NCBI GenBank assembly: GCA_035221665.1
Contig: CM069155.1
Span: 29,512,001-29,576,000 of the forward strand
Source: Okamejei kenojei
Taxonomy: Eukaryota
DNA length: 64,000 nt
Direction: 5' to 3'
A program made the position numbers and the translations under genes. The notes beneath the pieces are model-generated. The model saw only the letters and a list, made by a program, of their open reading frames with translations, was not told where the DNA came from and did no database searches. Shown here in pieces: positions 37,395-50,064 of the stretch (positions are counted from its first letter, which is position 1; every line of letters begins with the position of its first letter).

Positions 37395-39165
37395 ACTCTG
37401 CTCGATCTTTGACATGGTATTGACATGGATAGAGAATTGATTGGGAAAGGAAACAAAGAGTAGGAATAAACGGGTCCTTGTCGGAATGTTAGGCAATGGC
37501 GAGTGTACTGCCGCAAGGCTCAGTGCTGGGACCGCAACTATTTACAGTATATATGAATGATTTAGATGATGGGATTAAAAGTAACACTAGCAAATTTGCA
37601 GATGACACAAAGTTGGGTGTTATTGTGAAGTCGAACAGGTTGCTCGGAGGTTGCAGGGTGACTTGGACAGGTTGAGTGAGTGGGCAGATGCATGGCAGAT
37701 GCAGTATAATGTAAATAATTGTGTGTTTATCCACTTTGGTGGCAAGAACAAGGAGGCAGATTATTATCTCAATGGTGTCAGATTAGGAAAAAGGGAAGTG
37801 CAGCGATACCTGGGTGTCCTTGTACACCAGCCACTGAAAGAAAACATGCAGGTACAGCAGGCAGTGCAGAATGCTAATAGCATGTTGGCCTTCATAACGA
37901 GAGGATTTGAGTAGAGGAGGAAAGAGGTCCTCCAACAGTTGTACAGGGCCCTGGTGAGACCACAACTCGAGTATTGTGTGCAGTTTTGGTCTCCTAATTT
38001 GAGGAAGGACTTCTTTGCTCTTGAGGCAGTGCAGCGCAGGTTCAATCCCCGAACCAGGGGCCACAGTCTAAGAATAAAGGGGGGGAGGGGGGCATTTAAA
38101 ACTATGAGGAGAATAAACTTTCACCCAAAGAGTTGTGAATTTGTGGAATACTCTACCACATAAGGCCGTAAAGGCCAATTCACTGGATGAATTTAAAAGT
38201 TAGACAAAACACAAAGTGCTAGAGTAGTACGGGGTGTGCTTCAGGATTCGGTGCTGGGCCCGTTAATGTTTATCATCTATATCAATGATTTGAATGTGAT
38301 CATACTTGGTAAGATTAGCAAGTTTGCCGATGATACAAACGTGGGAGGTTTTGCAGATAGTGGAGATGGTTGTGAAGAAGTGCAGCAGGTTCTTGATCAA
38401 TTGGCCAGGTAGGCTGAGGAATGGTTGATGGAATTTAATGCAGAGAAATGTGAACTGTTGCATTTTTGGAAATCTAACATAGGCAGGACCTAGGCAGTCG
38501 ACGGTAGATCGGGTGATCAAAAAGGCTTTTGGCACATTGGCCTTCATCAGCCAGAGTAATGAGTATAGAGGTTGGGAGAACTTGTTGCAGATGTATAAGA
38601 CGTTGGTGACGCCGCATTGAGAGCATTTTGTTCAGTGTGGGCACCATCTTATAGGAAAGATTTCGAAAAGCTGGAAAGGATACAGAGAAGATTTACGAGG
38701 ATATTGCCAGTACTAGAGGGTCTGAGGTATAGCGGGGGGGGGGGGGGGGGGGGGGGTTGAGTAGGCTGAGACTCTAATCCTTGGAGCGCAGGAAGATGAG
38801 GGGAAATATTATGGAGGTATAGGGTCGTGAGAGGAGTAGATCGGGTAGATGTACAGATGCCCAGAGTAGGTGAATCGTGGACCAGGTTTATGGTGACGGG
38901 GCAATGATTTAATAGGAATCTGAGGGGTAACGTTTTCCCAGATAGGGTGGTGGGTGTATGGAACAAGCAGCCACAGGAGATAGTTGTGCCAGGAACTATC
39001 TCTACGTTTAAAAAACAGTTAGACAAGTAAATTGATATAACAGATTTGGAGGGATATGGACCCAATACGGGCAGGTGGGACGAGTGTGGATGGGACGTTG
39101 GCCGATGTGGGAAAGTTGGGCCGAAGGGCCTGTTTCCACACTCTATGACTATGACTCTCTTTGAC
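37395..39165 (+). mobile_element. Two degraded CR1 LINE fragments
   Basis: PQGSVLGP, KFADDTK and LVRPQLEYCVQFWSP motifs; the second fragment starts near 38225. Paralogs at about 60280-61170 and 61320-62140. Confidence 0.75.
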
Positions 39166-39444
39166 TCTATGGGGGGCCATGTAGCATCTGCGAATCGGCA
39201 TTTGGGGATGTAGTAATGAACAGCCATGAGCCAGTGCAATCTTTCGCGTGTTCATTTTCTCACGGTATTGCACGTTGCAAAGTTTAAGACGTGCAGCAAT
39301 TAGAGAAGGATGAGAACGGTGAGAGCAGGGACCTGTGTAAATAAACATTAGGGAAACTTGCTAGTCGTAGTGATATGCCTACGTTCAGAGTGGCTTATGC
39401 GCGCAATTGCAGCTCATTCTGTATCTGGTACAAATTGTAGTCAC

Positions 39445-39645
39445 TTTAGTTTAATTTGCAGATACAGCGCATAAACAGGCCCTTCTACCCACTGATCAAC
39501 AGTCCCCGCACATTAACATTATCGTGCACACTTTAGGGACAATATATAATATTAGCAATCCAATGAACCTTCCAATCTGTCTTTGTAGCGTGGGAGGAAA
39601 CCGGTGCTACCTGGCAAATCCCAGGCAGGTCATGCGGAAACCGTA
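39445..39645 (-). mobile_element. SINE fragment (HE1/V-SINE-like)
   Basis: Same as 18700-18925. Confidence 0.6.
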
Positions 39646-40581
39646 GTGGTGAAAGGATGAACAGTTAAGTTAATGGATGGCTGACCAGACATGTGCACTG
39701 CTAAACTTATTTAGTTTAATGACAATTTAAGGGCAATTATTCATGATATTTCTTTTTCTCACCCGCTATTTCCCAAAACCCGCTCTTCGCGTTTCTCCCT
39801 TGTCAGTTTAGCCAGATAGCTGGAGTGGCCGTATTCTATTCTATTTTAATTGAATATGGATGTGCTGTGTGTAAAATTCCTGTCGTCCTGTCGTACTACA
39901 AAGTCGAAAGAACTCTGGAAGTGGTCGGTGAGAGCCAAGATGACCCCTTTTACTTCACTGACATATGCATTAATTTGGTATAGGTAACCTTTCCACTTTG
40001 AGTCGAGGCAAGTTAAGCGAATTACTGTGCATTACAACATGAACGTTTCACAGACCGCTTTTCCAAGCACGACACACATCGGGTAGTCAAAATTCCCTCC
40101 AAAACTGTAACTTATCTGACATTTGTAGCGATTTTCTGTCCCCTCAGGTCCTTTCGAAATTATCTGATACACAAGTAGAAGGGCAGCCTGTGGGATTTAC
40201 GATTTCTAAATTTACAAAGATATTTAGATTTAATGTGATATATAAATTTAAAAAAAGTGCCGAACTGTCACCATGGTTTATTCAGCGATACGGATTCAGT
40301 TGGACCGTTTAGATACAATATTTCTTCCGTTTTCATTGGTGATTAAACAGTTGCCGAATATAATGTTTTATTCTCGCAGACAATTTATTTAGTATATATA
40401 TGCGGAGGGGTCATATTGAAAATTATAGATTGTTTGTTAATAAAGAAGTGGCAACTGTGGCAATCCTTGTTATTCTGATGTACGTATGAGAACGCATGAA
40501 ACTTTTTAGAAATACAAATCTCTGCAGCAAGACCTGCATGTTTCACAGTGGCGAATATTTTGAGAAAGAATCTGGCAATTT

Positions 40582-40663
40582 CTGATTGGCTTCGGCGAGC
40601 ATACCGGTTTGATTGGTTGGTATAGATAAACACAAGGTGACATCTCGTCTTTCCATTTATAAA
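40582..40663 (+). promoter_or_regulatory. IgL copy 3 promoter: two inverted CCAAT boxes + TATA
   Basis: CTGATTGG at 40582, TGATTGG at 40610 and TATAAA at 40658, about 80 nt upstream of the leader ATG; conserved in copies 2 and 4. Confidence 0.6.
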
Positions 40664-40739
40664 GAGAGCCAGAGAGCAAGATTACACGCCACTTGTCCTG
40701 GAAACTGCCGCCCCATCGGAGCTCAGTCGGTTAATGAAA

Positions 40740-40788
40740 ATGTCTTTTTGGATCCGTGTGGTCGGTGCGTTGTTTTTTTGCGCAGTTT
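40740..40788 (+). CDS. IgL copy 3 leader exon
   Basis: MSFWIRVVGALFFCAV plus 1 nt, then donor GTGAGT. A 120-nt phase-1 intron splices in frame to the V exon. Confidence 0.9.
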
Positions 40789-40908
40789 GTGAGTATTTTA
40801 CATTCCTGGACATTATACTTATTTTTGTTCACCATTAATTTGGGGTTATCTCCCACACTTCAACAAAGTTAATAATTTTCTTTTTTTCTGATATTTCTCT
40901 TTTCTCAG

Positions 40909-41253
40909 ACTTAAGCGCGGCAGTTACAGTAAGTCAGCCGCCTTCGTTGTCCACCTCTACGGGACAGAAAATACAAATATCCTGCACCATATCGGGTTCC
41001 AGTACAGGCGCTAACTATGTCTCGTGGTACCAACAGATTCCTGGCAAAACTCCCAAGTATCTATTCTGCTATTATTCCGGCAGCACCATTTATAAAGGCA
41101 CGGACATTCCAGACCGTTTTTCCATCTCGGTGTCAGGCAGCTCTGTAATATTCGCAATATCTAGCGTTCAATCGGTGGATGCTGCGGACTATTACTGTGC
41201 CAAATGGGATAGTGGTTTACATTTCGGTAAAGGAACGAGGCTGGGTATTGGCG
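40909..41253 (+). CDS. IgL copy 3 germline-joined VJ exon (intact)
   Basis: Acceptor ttctcag|AC. Reads (Y)LSAAVTVSQPPSLSTSTGQKIQISC...WYQQ...YYCAKWDSGLHFGKGTRLGIG, then donor GTAAGT at 41254. Confidence 0.96.
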
Positions 41254-41536
41254 GTAAGTAAAATATATTCTTCGGACAGCGCGCTGTTTTATTTTTCTTT
41301 TAATGCAGATATTGCTTGAAAATAATGTATATAATGCGACGAAAAAGTATATTTAATTGTTTGCACTGATCAGAGCCATATTCCGCCTTCAAAGCATTTC
41401 AAAACAACAATGACTCGAGCAAGACTAACCTTTATAGCGTCAAAGCAGCTGCGATTATTTGTGAAACAACATCTTTTTTTACCGTTCACAGAATTACTTA
41501 GGGCCGCACCATCAATTTAATGTACTCGAAAAAGTG

Positions 41537-41668
41537 ATGCAAATCTTCAATTTTCTAATTTTTTCCCGTCTAATAATGATCGTGTACTACCCATTGCGAA
41601 TAGTGTAATTTCTCTCGGATTTTTAAATCGTCAATTAGATGAGGGTTGATGTAGAACTGAATTTGCAT
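41537..41668. promoter_or_regulatory. Two perfect octamers in the J-C intron of copy 3
   Basis: ATGCAAAT at 41537-41544 and ATTTGCAT at 41661-41668. Confidence 0.45.
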
Positions 41669-42391
41669 GGAATTGGGTTCGTCCAATAAATTGCGGAAAT
41701 ATTCGCAGTGATTGTCCAGATATGAAAGGAAATTGCTTGGGTAACGGGGGTCAGCAACGTTAATATTCAACACTGTCAAAATTCCGGTTTACGCGTTTAA
41801 CAAGGGTATCAAAATGCGAAATGCCAAGAGAAAGTTTCGTGGACACAGCAATGCATTTCTAATTTAAATGAACATGCGAACTACAATGTCATCTTGCTTG
41901 TGAACGATATCTGCCAATCGGTGGCTTTCCAAGACTAGTTTCCATATATTATTGCCGAACTTAAATAGCGTCATCCTCCATCTCAAAGGGTGCCGAAAAT
42001 TGAATATGTTATTATAAATTTCGCGACAGCGAATCGTTTATATCTGCTAATATATTTATATAAATGTAAAGCCCGAGATGTGTAGTAAAATGAACATTAT
42101 AAAAGTTATAATAATGTATTCAGTTTTATAAAATAGAGCAGCCATGATCTATCATATAAGCTTTCCCTGAGTTTATGCATAGGGTAGACAGGATCTATTC
42201 TAGTTGCTTTCACGAACTTTGTTTATTGTTCACCCAATTAAAAACCCACACTATAATGGTTTGAAATAGGTCGAGAATAAAACGACATTTCTACAAATGA
42301 ATAAATGAGTGCTTTAATGAGATGTATTTTCGGAAAATAATCATCTCAACGGCAGCATTTCTCCAATTAAATGTGACTTCTTATTAAACAG

Positions 42392-42714
42392 ATCCTCGGG
42401 CACCGATCGTGACGGTCCTCCCGCCTTCAGCCGATGAAGTTACCTCAAAGGGCACCGCCACCCTGGTGTGCTTAGTGAACGGCTTTAATCCGGGCTCGGT
42501 GGCCGTTGAGTGGAGCGTCGACGGCGGTGCAAAAAATAGCGGCGTTGAGACCAGCCCGATCCAGCAGGATAAGGACAACACGTTCAGTCTCAGCAGTTAC
42601 CTGACACTGACAGCCTCAGACTGGAACTTACACGAACTTTACTCCTGTGTGGTTAAACACGAGACTCAGTCAAACCCGCTGAAGACAAATATCATGAGAT
42701 CAAGCTGTATATGA
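42392..42714 (+). CDS. IgL copy 3 constant exon (intact)
   Basis: Differs from copy 1 C by 3 aa; canonical acceptor; AATAAA at 42893-42898. Confidence 0.96.
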
Positions 42715-44039
42715 TGTTTGAAGCGTGAGCGGACCCCCCAAAGTTAGTTAATCACCATTGGGTTCTTCCATGTGACAAAGTTAGTCTTCGTCTTTCCGAA
42801 TTTTCATAAAGAAATGCCATTTATTATTGAAACATTGATTTTTATGACTTGTTCGCTTTAAATGTAGTTCTTTCGAAAGAATATCGTTCTTGAATAAAGC
42901 ATCATGTCGAGTCAATTACGTTAACTAAAAGAATGTCTGTTGCTATTGTACCCAAAGTATTCTTTGCAGACGTTGAGTAAAGTTTTAAAACTATTGTCAA
43001 ATGCATCGCTGATTCTCCTTGATTTATTTGTGACCCCAAACATGACGACTTAATATGGATTGTGTTGTCTTGTACATTTGAGCAAGAAACGCTGATTTAT
43101 TTTCCCTTAATCTCGATCTCGCATTACAATCGTAGAACAGTAGTGAGTTTGTGCCACTCGTCAAGTTATACAATGCTTTCTAAACCAATCATGACAAACG
43201 TGATCTCAACTCCAATAAGAATCCCCAAAATTGGCAGAAATTTCTCGGCGAGGCGGCCTGAAGTAAGAAATTTATTTGATGTTTCAGGTTGTTCTTTTTG
43301 GTCAAAAATGTCCGAGCAACCCCACACCGTCATGGTTTAAAGGATTTGTTAAATATGTTTTCGTTCGTAAGGCGTTCGTAACATACTGTAAATAAAGGCA
43401 AGATGTGTGCATACCTGGAAATTTACCGGAAACGACATTCATTCCCAACATATCAGCAATATTCTGTAAAACTGACAGTTTGTTCCCACCTCTGCTTCAC
43501 ACTATCCACACTATGCACCGCACCTCCATCCTTTATCACCGAAGACATTGACATTAACAGATGACGAGAGTTGTGTTCCAATTACGCTTAAGCTGTAGGT
43601 TATCATACCATGTTCCATCACAATCCCCGCTGTGGGTTGTATTTTTTATCTGAGGGAGCAAACAGTAAAGATCGAATCTTCCTAGTCTTGGCATTTCCAT
43701 CTGTTCCTCTAGTGTCCAACTATCCATCAATATCAGACGATCAGATATGAATTGTTCCAATGACGGGACATTCAAACCCGCCCAACAAAGAGGATTCCAA
43801 TGATTTACAACATTCTCCGCGTAGACATTCCACTTTATCTCACCCCTACATAGCCAGATCCAGCATGATATAAAGTCCCCACTGTAGATCCAACAGATCC
43901 AGGGTTCTCTTGTTCATCCCTCTCACAATAAGCATTTAATTTCTAATTAGTTCTCCTCTCTTTCTTCGAAACTCTCAGAGAATCTTCTGCAGCCCAATTG
44001 AAATACACTGCCCGGTTGCAGATTAAAGAAACAGTTAGT

Positions 44040-44220
44040 GGGTAGGAAGGAACTGCAGGTGCCGGTTTAAACTGCAGATAGACATTAGAAAGTTGGAGTA
44101 ATTAATTCGGGTCAGACTGCATCTCTGGATTAAAGGAAGAGCTGACGACGCTTCTTCAGACCCGAAACGTCACCTCTTCATTTTCTCCAGATATGTTGGC
44201 TGACCAGCTTTTTATGTCTA
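44040..44220. mobile_element. Palindromic Penelope-like remnant, paralog of 3150-3345
   Basis: Same position downstream of C and the same inverted arms, with a different central deletion. Confidence 0.6.
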
Positions 44221-45144
44221 AAGAAACACGTTGAGTTTTTATGAATGGTTCAATGGTGCGTTATTATCATCTACCAGGGTACAGTGTAACTCTTTTTTTT
44301 TACAGTTCAGTACAAGTATCACTATACATAAGCGCTTAAATACATCTTAGAGAAACATCCCAGACACAGTAAAATTGTATAATGGTGGTACACTGAGACA
44401 GTATATAGTGTCGCCAGATTTAGCTCCATTTTCAAATACCTGCTGTTGTTAATACACAGTCCCCTCATTTCAGGGCACCATCATGTTTGGGACATAGCAA
44501 TGTCATGTAAATGAAAGTAGTCATGTTTACTATTTTGTTGCATATCCTTTGCATACAATGACTGCTTGACGTCTGCGATTCATGGACATCACCAGTTGCT
44601 ATGTGTCTTCTCTGGTAATGCTCTGCCAGGCCTGTATTGCAGCCATCTTGAGCTTATTTTTGTTTTGGGGGCTAGTTCCCTTCAGTTTTCTCTTCAGCAT
44701 ATAAAAGGCATGTTCAATTGGGTTCAGATCGGGTGATTGACTTTGCCACTCAAGAATTGACCATTTTTTAGCTTTGAAAAACTAATTTGTTGCTTTCGCA
44801 GTATGTTTGGGATTATTGTCTTGCTGTAGAATGAACTGCTGGCCAATGAGTTTTGAAGCATTTGTTTGAACTTGAGCTGATAGAATGTGGCTATACACTT
44901 CAAAATTCATTATGCTACTAACATCAGCAGTTGTATTATCAATGAAGATAAGTGAGCCAGTACCTTCAGTAGCCATACATGCCCAGGCCATAACACCCCC
45001 ACCACCGTGTTTCACAGGTGAGGTGGTATGCTTTGGATTTTGGGCAGTTGCTCCTCTACTCCATACTTTGCTTTGCCATCACACTGATATAAGTTAATCT
45101 TCTTCTCATCTATTCACAAGACTTTTTTCCAGAACTGTGGTTGC

Positions 45145-45291
45145 TCTAGGGGCTAGTGGAATCAAGGGATATGTGGAGAAGACAGGTACGGGTTATTGAT
45201 AGGGGACGATCAGCCATGATCACAATGAATGGCGGTGCTGGCTCGAAGGGCCGAATGGCCTCCTCCTGCACCTATTTTCTAAGTTTCTATG
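45145..45291 (+). mobile_element. Short CR1 3'-end insertion inside Tc1
   Basis: CR1 3' UTR motif GAAGGGCCGAATGGCCTCCTCCTGCACC followed by a TTTCTATG tail. Confidence 0.7.
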
Positions 45292-45708
45292 CTTCAATGT
45301 TTTAGTATTTCTTGGCAAACTTTAACCTGGACGGCCTATTTTTGCGGCTAACCAGTGGTTTGCAACTTCCATTTTAGCCTCTGTGTGTCTGTTCATGAAG
45401 TATTCTGTGGACAGTGGTCATTTACAAATCCACACCTGACTATTGATGAGTGTTTCTGATCTGTCGGACAGATGTTTGGGTTTTGTCTTCATTATAGTGA
45501 CAATTCTTCGATCATCAGCTGTGGGGGTCTTCCTTGGCTTGCCATTTCCTTTGCGATTAGTAAGCTTATCAGTCCTCTTTCTTAATGATGTTCCAAACAG
45601 TTCATTTTGGTAAGCCTAAAGTTCAGCTGAAGTGTCTAACAGTTTTATCATTGTTTCTCAGTCTCATAATGGCTTCTTTGACTTTCATTGGCATAAGTTT
45701 GGTGCTCA

Positions 45709-47490
45709 AGTCAAGTCAAGTCAAGTCAAGTCAAGTCAAGTCAAGTTTATTCGTCACATACACATACGGGATGTGCAGTGAAATGAAAAGTGGCAATGCC
45801 TGCAGACTGTGCAAAAAACAAACAAACAAACAACCAACAAACTACAAACAGAATCACGTGTTCTTTTTCATATTAAATATTGTGGGCGGTATTGTGGTAC
45901 AGTAAAGTTAGTAGAGTTAGTCCCTGGTGAGATAGGAGTTTACAGTCCGAATGACCTCTGGGAAGAAACTTCTTCTCATCCTCTCCGTTCTCACAGCATG
46001 GCAACGGAGGCGTTTGCCTGACCGTAGCAGCTGGAACAGTCCGTTGCAGGGGTGGAAGGGGTCTCCCATTATCTTATTGGCTCTGGAGTTGCACCTCCTG
46101 ATGTATAGTTCCTGCAGAGGGGCGAGAGAAGTTCCCATAGTGCGTTCGGCCGAATGCAGTACTCTCTGCAGAGCCTTCCTGTCCAGGGAAGAGCAATTCC
46201 CAAACCAGATTGTAATATTTCTGGACAAGATGCTTTCCACAGCCGCTGAGTAGAAGCACTGGAGGATCCTCGGAGACACTCTGAATTTCCTCAATTACCT
46301 GAGGTGGTAACGGCGCTGCCTTGCCTTACTCATGAGTGCTGCAGCGGGTGATGTCCATGTCATATCCTCAGAAATGTGGACTCCCAGGTATTTAAAACAG
46401 CTCACCCTATCCACAGTATCCCCATTTATCCTCAATGGTGTGTACGTCCTCGGATGATGTGCCCTCCTAAAGTCCACGATCAGCTCCTTTGTTTTTTTGA
46501 TGTTCAAGAGGAGGCTGTTGTCCTGACACCAGCGTGCCTGATCAGCTACCTCCTCCCGGTAGGCCTTCTCATCGTTGTCTGAGATCAGGCCCACCACCAC
46601 AGTGTCATCAGCAAACTTGATTATCGAGTTGGAGCTGAACCTAGCCACACAGTCATGTGTGTACAGGGAGTACAATAGGGGGCTGAGGATGCAACCCTGG
46701 GTGGATCCTGTGCTCAGGGTGAGGGACTTCGATGTATTCCCTCCCATCTTGACTACCTGGGGCCTGGCGGTGAGAAAGTCCAGGACCCTGGCATACAGGG
46801 GGGTGTTGATTCCTAATTCCAGTAGCTTCTCGGCCAGTCTGGTGGGGACTATTGTGTTGAAGGCTGAACTGAAGTCTATGAACAGCATCCTCACATAGCC
46901 CCCCTTCTGGCTGTCAAGATGAGAGAGAGCGGCATGCAAACCCTGGGAGACCGCATCGTCCGTGGATCTGTTCGGACGGTATGCAAATTGTAACGGGTCC
47001 ATGTTGTGAGGGAGGGAAGGCGCAGATGTGTTTCTTCACCAGCCTCTTAAAGCACTTCATGACTACCGAGGTGAGGGCCACCGGACGGTAGTCATTCAGA
47101 CAGGCTGGGGAGGCATTCTTTGGTACAGGTACAATGGTGGATTTTTTGAAGCAGGCAGGGTCTACGGACTTGTCCAGGGAGAGGTTGAATATTGCAGTAA
47201 GCACCGGAGCTAGCTGCGTAGCACAGGGCTTAAGTACTCCCCACGAGATGCCATCGGGGCCTGCAGCTTTCCTTGTTTTCACCTTGTCAGAGCCCTCCTC
47301 ACATCATGCTCGGACAGCAAGAATGTGTACTCATTCCTCCCATCAGCTTCGTTAGCCAGCCCGCTGGCAGTATTGTCCATGTTTGGCAGACCTTGGGTGA
47401 TGTTGCCCATCCATGTTTCCTGATGCCAGGCCAGAGATGTAGGCAGCGGTGCGAGCATTCAAGGCAACACGAACGGACCTGTCTATCCAG
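45709..47490 (-). mobile_element. Rex1/Babar LINE inserted in Tc1
   Basis: [43 protein letters not shown] and KFADDT motifs; (TCAAG)n tail; possible TSD GCTCA at 45704 and 47491. Confidence 0.88.
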
Positions 47491-47864
47491 GCTCATGTTG
47501 ATAAACAGCAATAAAACTTTCCAAAGGTGATGGAAAGAGTGGAGGAAAGACTAGGTGCTGAGAGCTCTCTTATACCAGCATTAAGGAGGCATTTAAAGAC
47601 ACCTGTGAAATTATAAGCACCTATGAAGCCATGTGTCCCAAACATTATGGTGCCCTGAAATGAGGGAGACTATGTATAAACACAGCTGTCACGTCCACAT
47701 GGTGAAACCAAAATGTATGCAAATGGCCTTTTTTAAAAATCTGACAATGTGCACTTTAAACACATGTGAGTTTTCATATTACAAATCTCAAATTGTGGAG
47801 TACGGAGGCAAATAAACAAATGATGGGTCTTTGTCCCAAACATTATGGAGGGCACTGTATATGC

Positions 47865-48125
47865 TGAAGGTCCTTACGTGTTAAAGTAGACAAATCTCCA
47901 GGGCCTGATCAGATACTTCCAAGGACACTGTGAGAAGCCACAGGGGAAATTGCTGGATCCAACGCAGAGTCTTCTGGTAAATACAGGCGAAGTGCCGGAG
48001 GACTGTAGGGAGGCAAATGTTGCGCCTCTATTCATGAAGGTCTGTAGGGAAAAGGCTGGAAGCTATATTCCAGCTATCCTAACATCTGTGGTCGGAAAGT
48101 TACTGGCGAGTATTCTGAGGGACAG
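47865..48125 (+). mobile_element. CR1 internal fragment
   Basis: KVDKSPGPDQI, VPEDCREANVAPLF and LTSVVGKLL motifs. Confidence 0.7.
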
Positions 48126-48565
48126 GAGAGTTCAAGTTCACATTTATTGTCACAACCATCAATAGACAATGGACAATAGACAACAGGTGCAGGAGTAGGC
48201 CATCTGACCCTTCGAACCAACACCGCCATTCAATGTGATCATGGCTGATCATCCCCAATCAGTACCCCGTTCCCGCCTTCTCATAGACAATAGACAATTA
48301 AGTCACAGTGATATTTGAGTTACCATGCAGCCATACAAGTAAAACGAGCACAATACACGATAGAGTTTAACATTAACGTTCATCACAGTATAATCGGCAT
48401 TTCACTGTGATGGAAGGCGATAAAGTCCAGTCAATCTTCTTCCTTTGTTCACCCGTGGTCGGGGCCTTGAACCCTCCGCAGTCGCTGCTATGGACGCCCG
48501 ATGTACAAGCCTTCTCATCGGGATGATTGAAACCCCGACGTCGGGACAGATCAGATTACACCTTA

Positions 48566-48606
<41 letters not shown>

Positions 48607-50064
48607 ACAAAATGACCTCCAAACATTTATTCTGTCCGCACAATATCATTGCACAATAGAACTCAGAATAGAGTGCTTGCTTCAGCAGTTTGCTCTTGGA
48701 ACTGTACGCCAAGGATATGGACACCGAATCACCATCCCTGTCATCCCTTACACACACACAGCTCCCAACAATGTTGAGCAACTGACCACAACGTGGATAC
48801 TTTGTGTGTTGGCCTGAGAACCAATGCTTCACTTCTCGTGTCAATAGTTTTGGTCGGTCGCTCGTACGACGCATTGGAAACCTTGTGCGTTGGTTCCCAA
48901 GGTTACCTTAATGAGCGCCATGTTCAAGAATCTGTCGATTGCTGTTGTTGGTTAGCAGAAATTGTTTTTTATGCCATGTTCGAGGTATTGACCTTCCAAA
49001 GTTTTGCACATCAAAGCCTGCCTTGCTTGTGAGGACACATGGAATGTGATCCCCAATTTTCAAACTGTGCTGTGTTCTTGAAATTTGATTTTTGAGGAGA
49101 GGTGCACGGGGAGTGGTATTCTTCACTCGGGGCAGTTATATGAAGCGCGATTGCTCGTTGCCACGTAACGTCCCCTCATGGAGAGTAGCTACAATGTTCA
49201 GAAGAAAAGCTGACGACGATTGGAGCCCTGCCTCTCCAATTACCCTTGCAATTGAATTATACAACGCCTGTGCTTTCACCTCTTACCGTCGTCTTACCGT
49301 TCAGGGATCGTAAGACCCTTCCAGTGTTGTGTTCACGGTACACATTCCTTTAGAAACAAACATGCATTGCTTAATGGAGCACCCGTACACAGTCCGTAAA
49401 TTGAATCCGGAGCTTCAATTTCGGCCTTTCTGTGTGGCCTCTTATGATATTTTTGATGTGGATCAGTAGAGATAGACAAATTCTTGATTAGAACGGTTTC
49501 AAGGATTTTGGGGAGAAGGCAGGAAATGAGACCAGGAGGCTTAGATCAGCCATGATTGAGTGCGCAGTAGACTCGATTGTCCGAACGGCCTAATTCTACT
49601 CCTATAACTTGTGAACGTGAACTTATTATTGTAACAAGTTACAGCTATCCCGATTCAGAATCAAATGTCCTAATTTTAGGTTAATCAGTCGTTTCTTCTG
49701 CTTCTATCCGAGTTGGTAATTTCTGCCCGTCCTTATTTGGCCCCTTTTTCTTTATTCTATACTTTTAGTCCGTACCGCAGAACATGTTCCTTTGCCTCTC
49801 CATTAACAAGAAAATAGATCGACAGTTAAATATACGGTAATGTACGTGCAACTGGCTAGTTCACCCAGTTAAAATCTATCAGAGGAACTGTGTTCTCGAC
49901 ATCTCTCCCTCCACCCCCTTCCAAGCTTTTCTGGCACTGAAAACGAAATAGTTTTTCTCTCTATCTCCGGGTGCCAGCTGAATTTGTTCTCTTTCCATGA
50001 CGTTGGCTGTCCTGTTGAGGGTTTTCAGCGTTTTTTCCTGACTTTTTTAGAATTGTAACTATAG

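Larger units (their letters stand above)
44453..47857 (-). mobile_element. Tc1-family DNA transposon (IR/DR type), decayed and interrupted
   Basis: VKHGGG.VMAW, LQQDNNPKH and SPDLNPIEH motifs. The right TIR ends GGGCACTG|TA and has direct repeats TGTCCCAAACATTATGG at 47634 and 47832. The left TIR retains only the inner DR (44478-44494). Confidence 0.85.

Noticed and set aside
40544-40571. Perfect RSS heptamer CACAGTG upstream of the leader (also near 19844 and 63490)
   Set aside because: The 12-spacer nonamer position reads AGAAAGAAT (5/9 match), nothing is present at the 23-spacer position, and the site is not adjacent to a coding segment.
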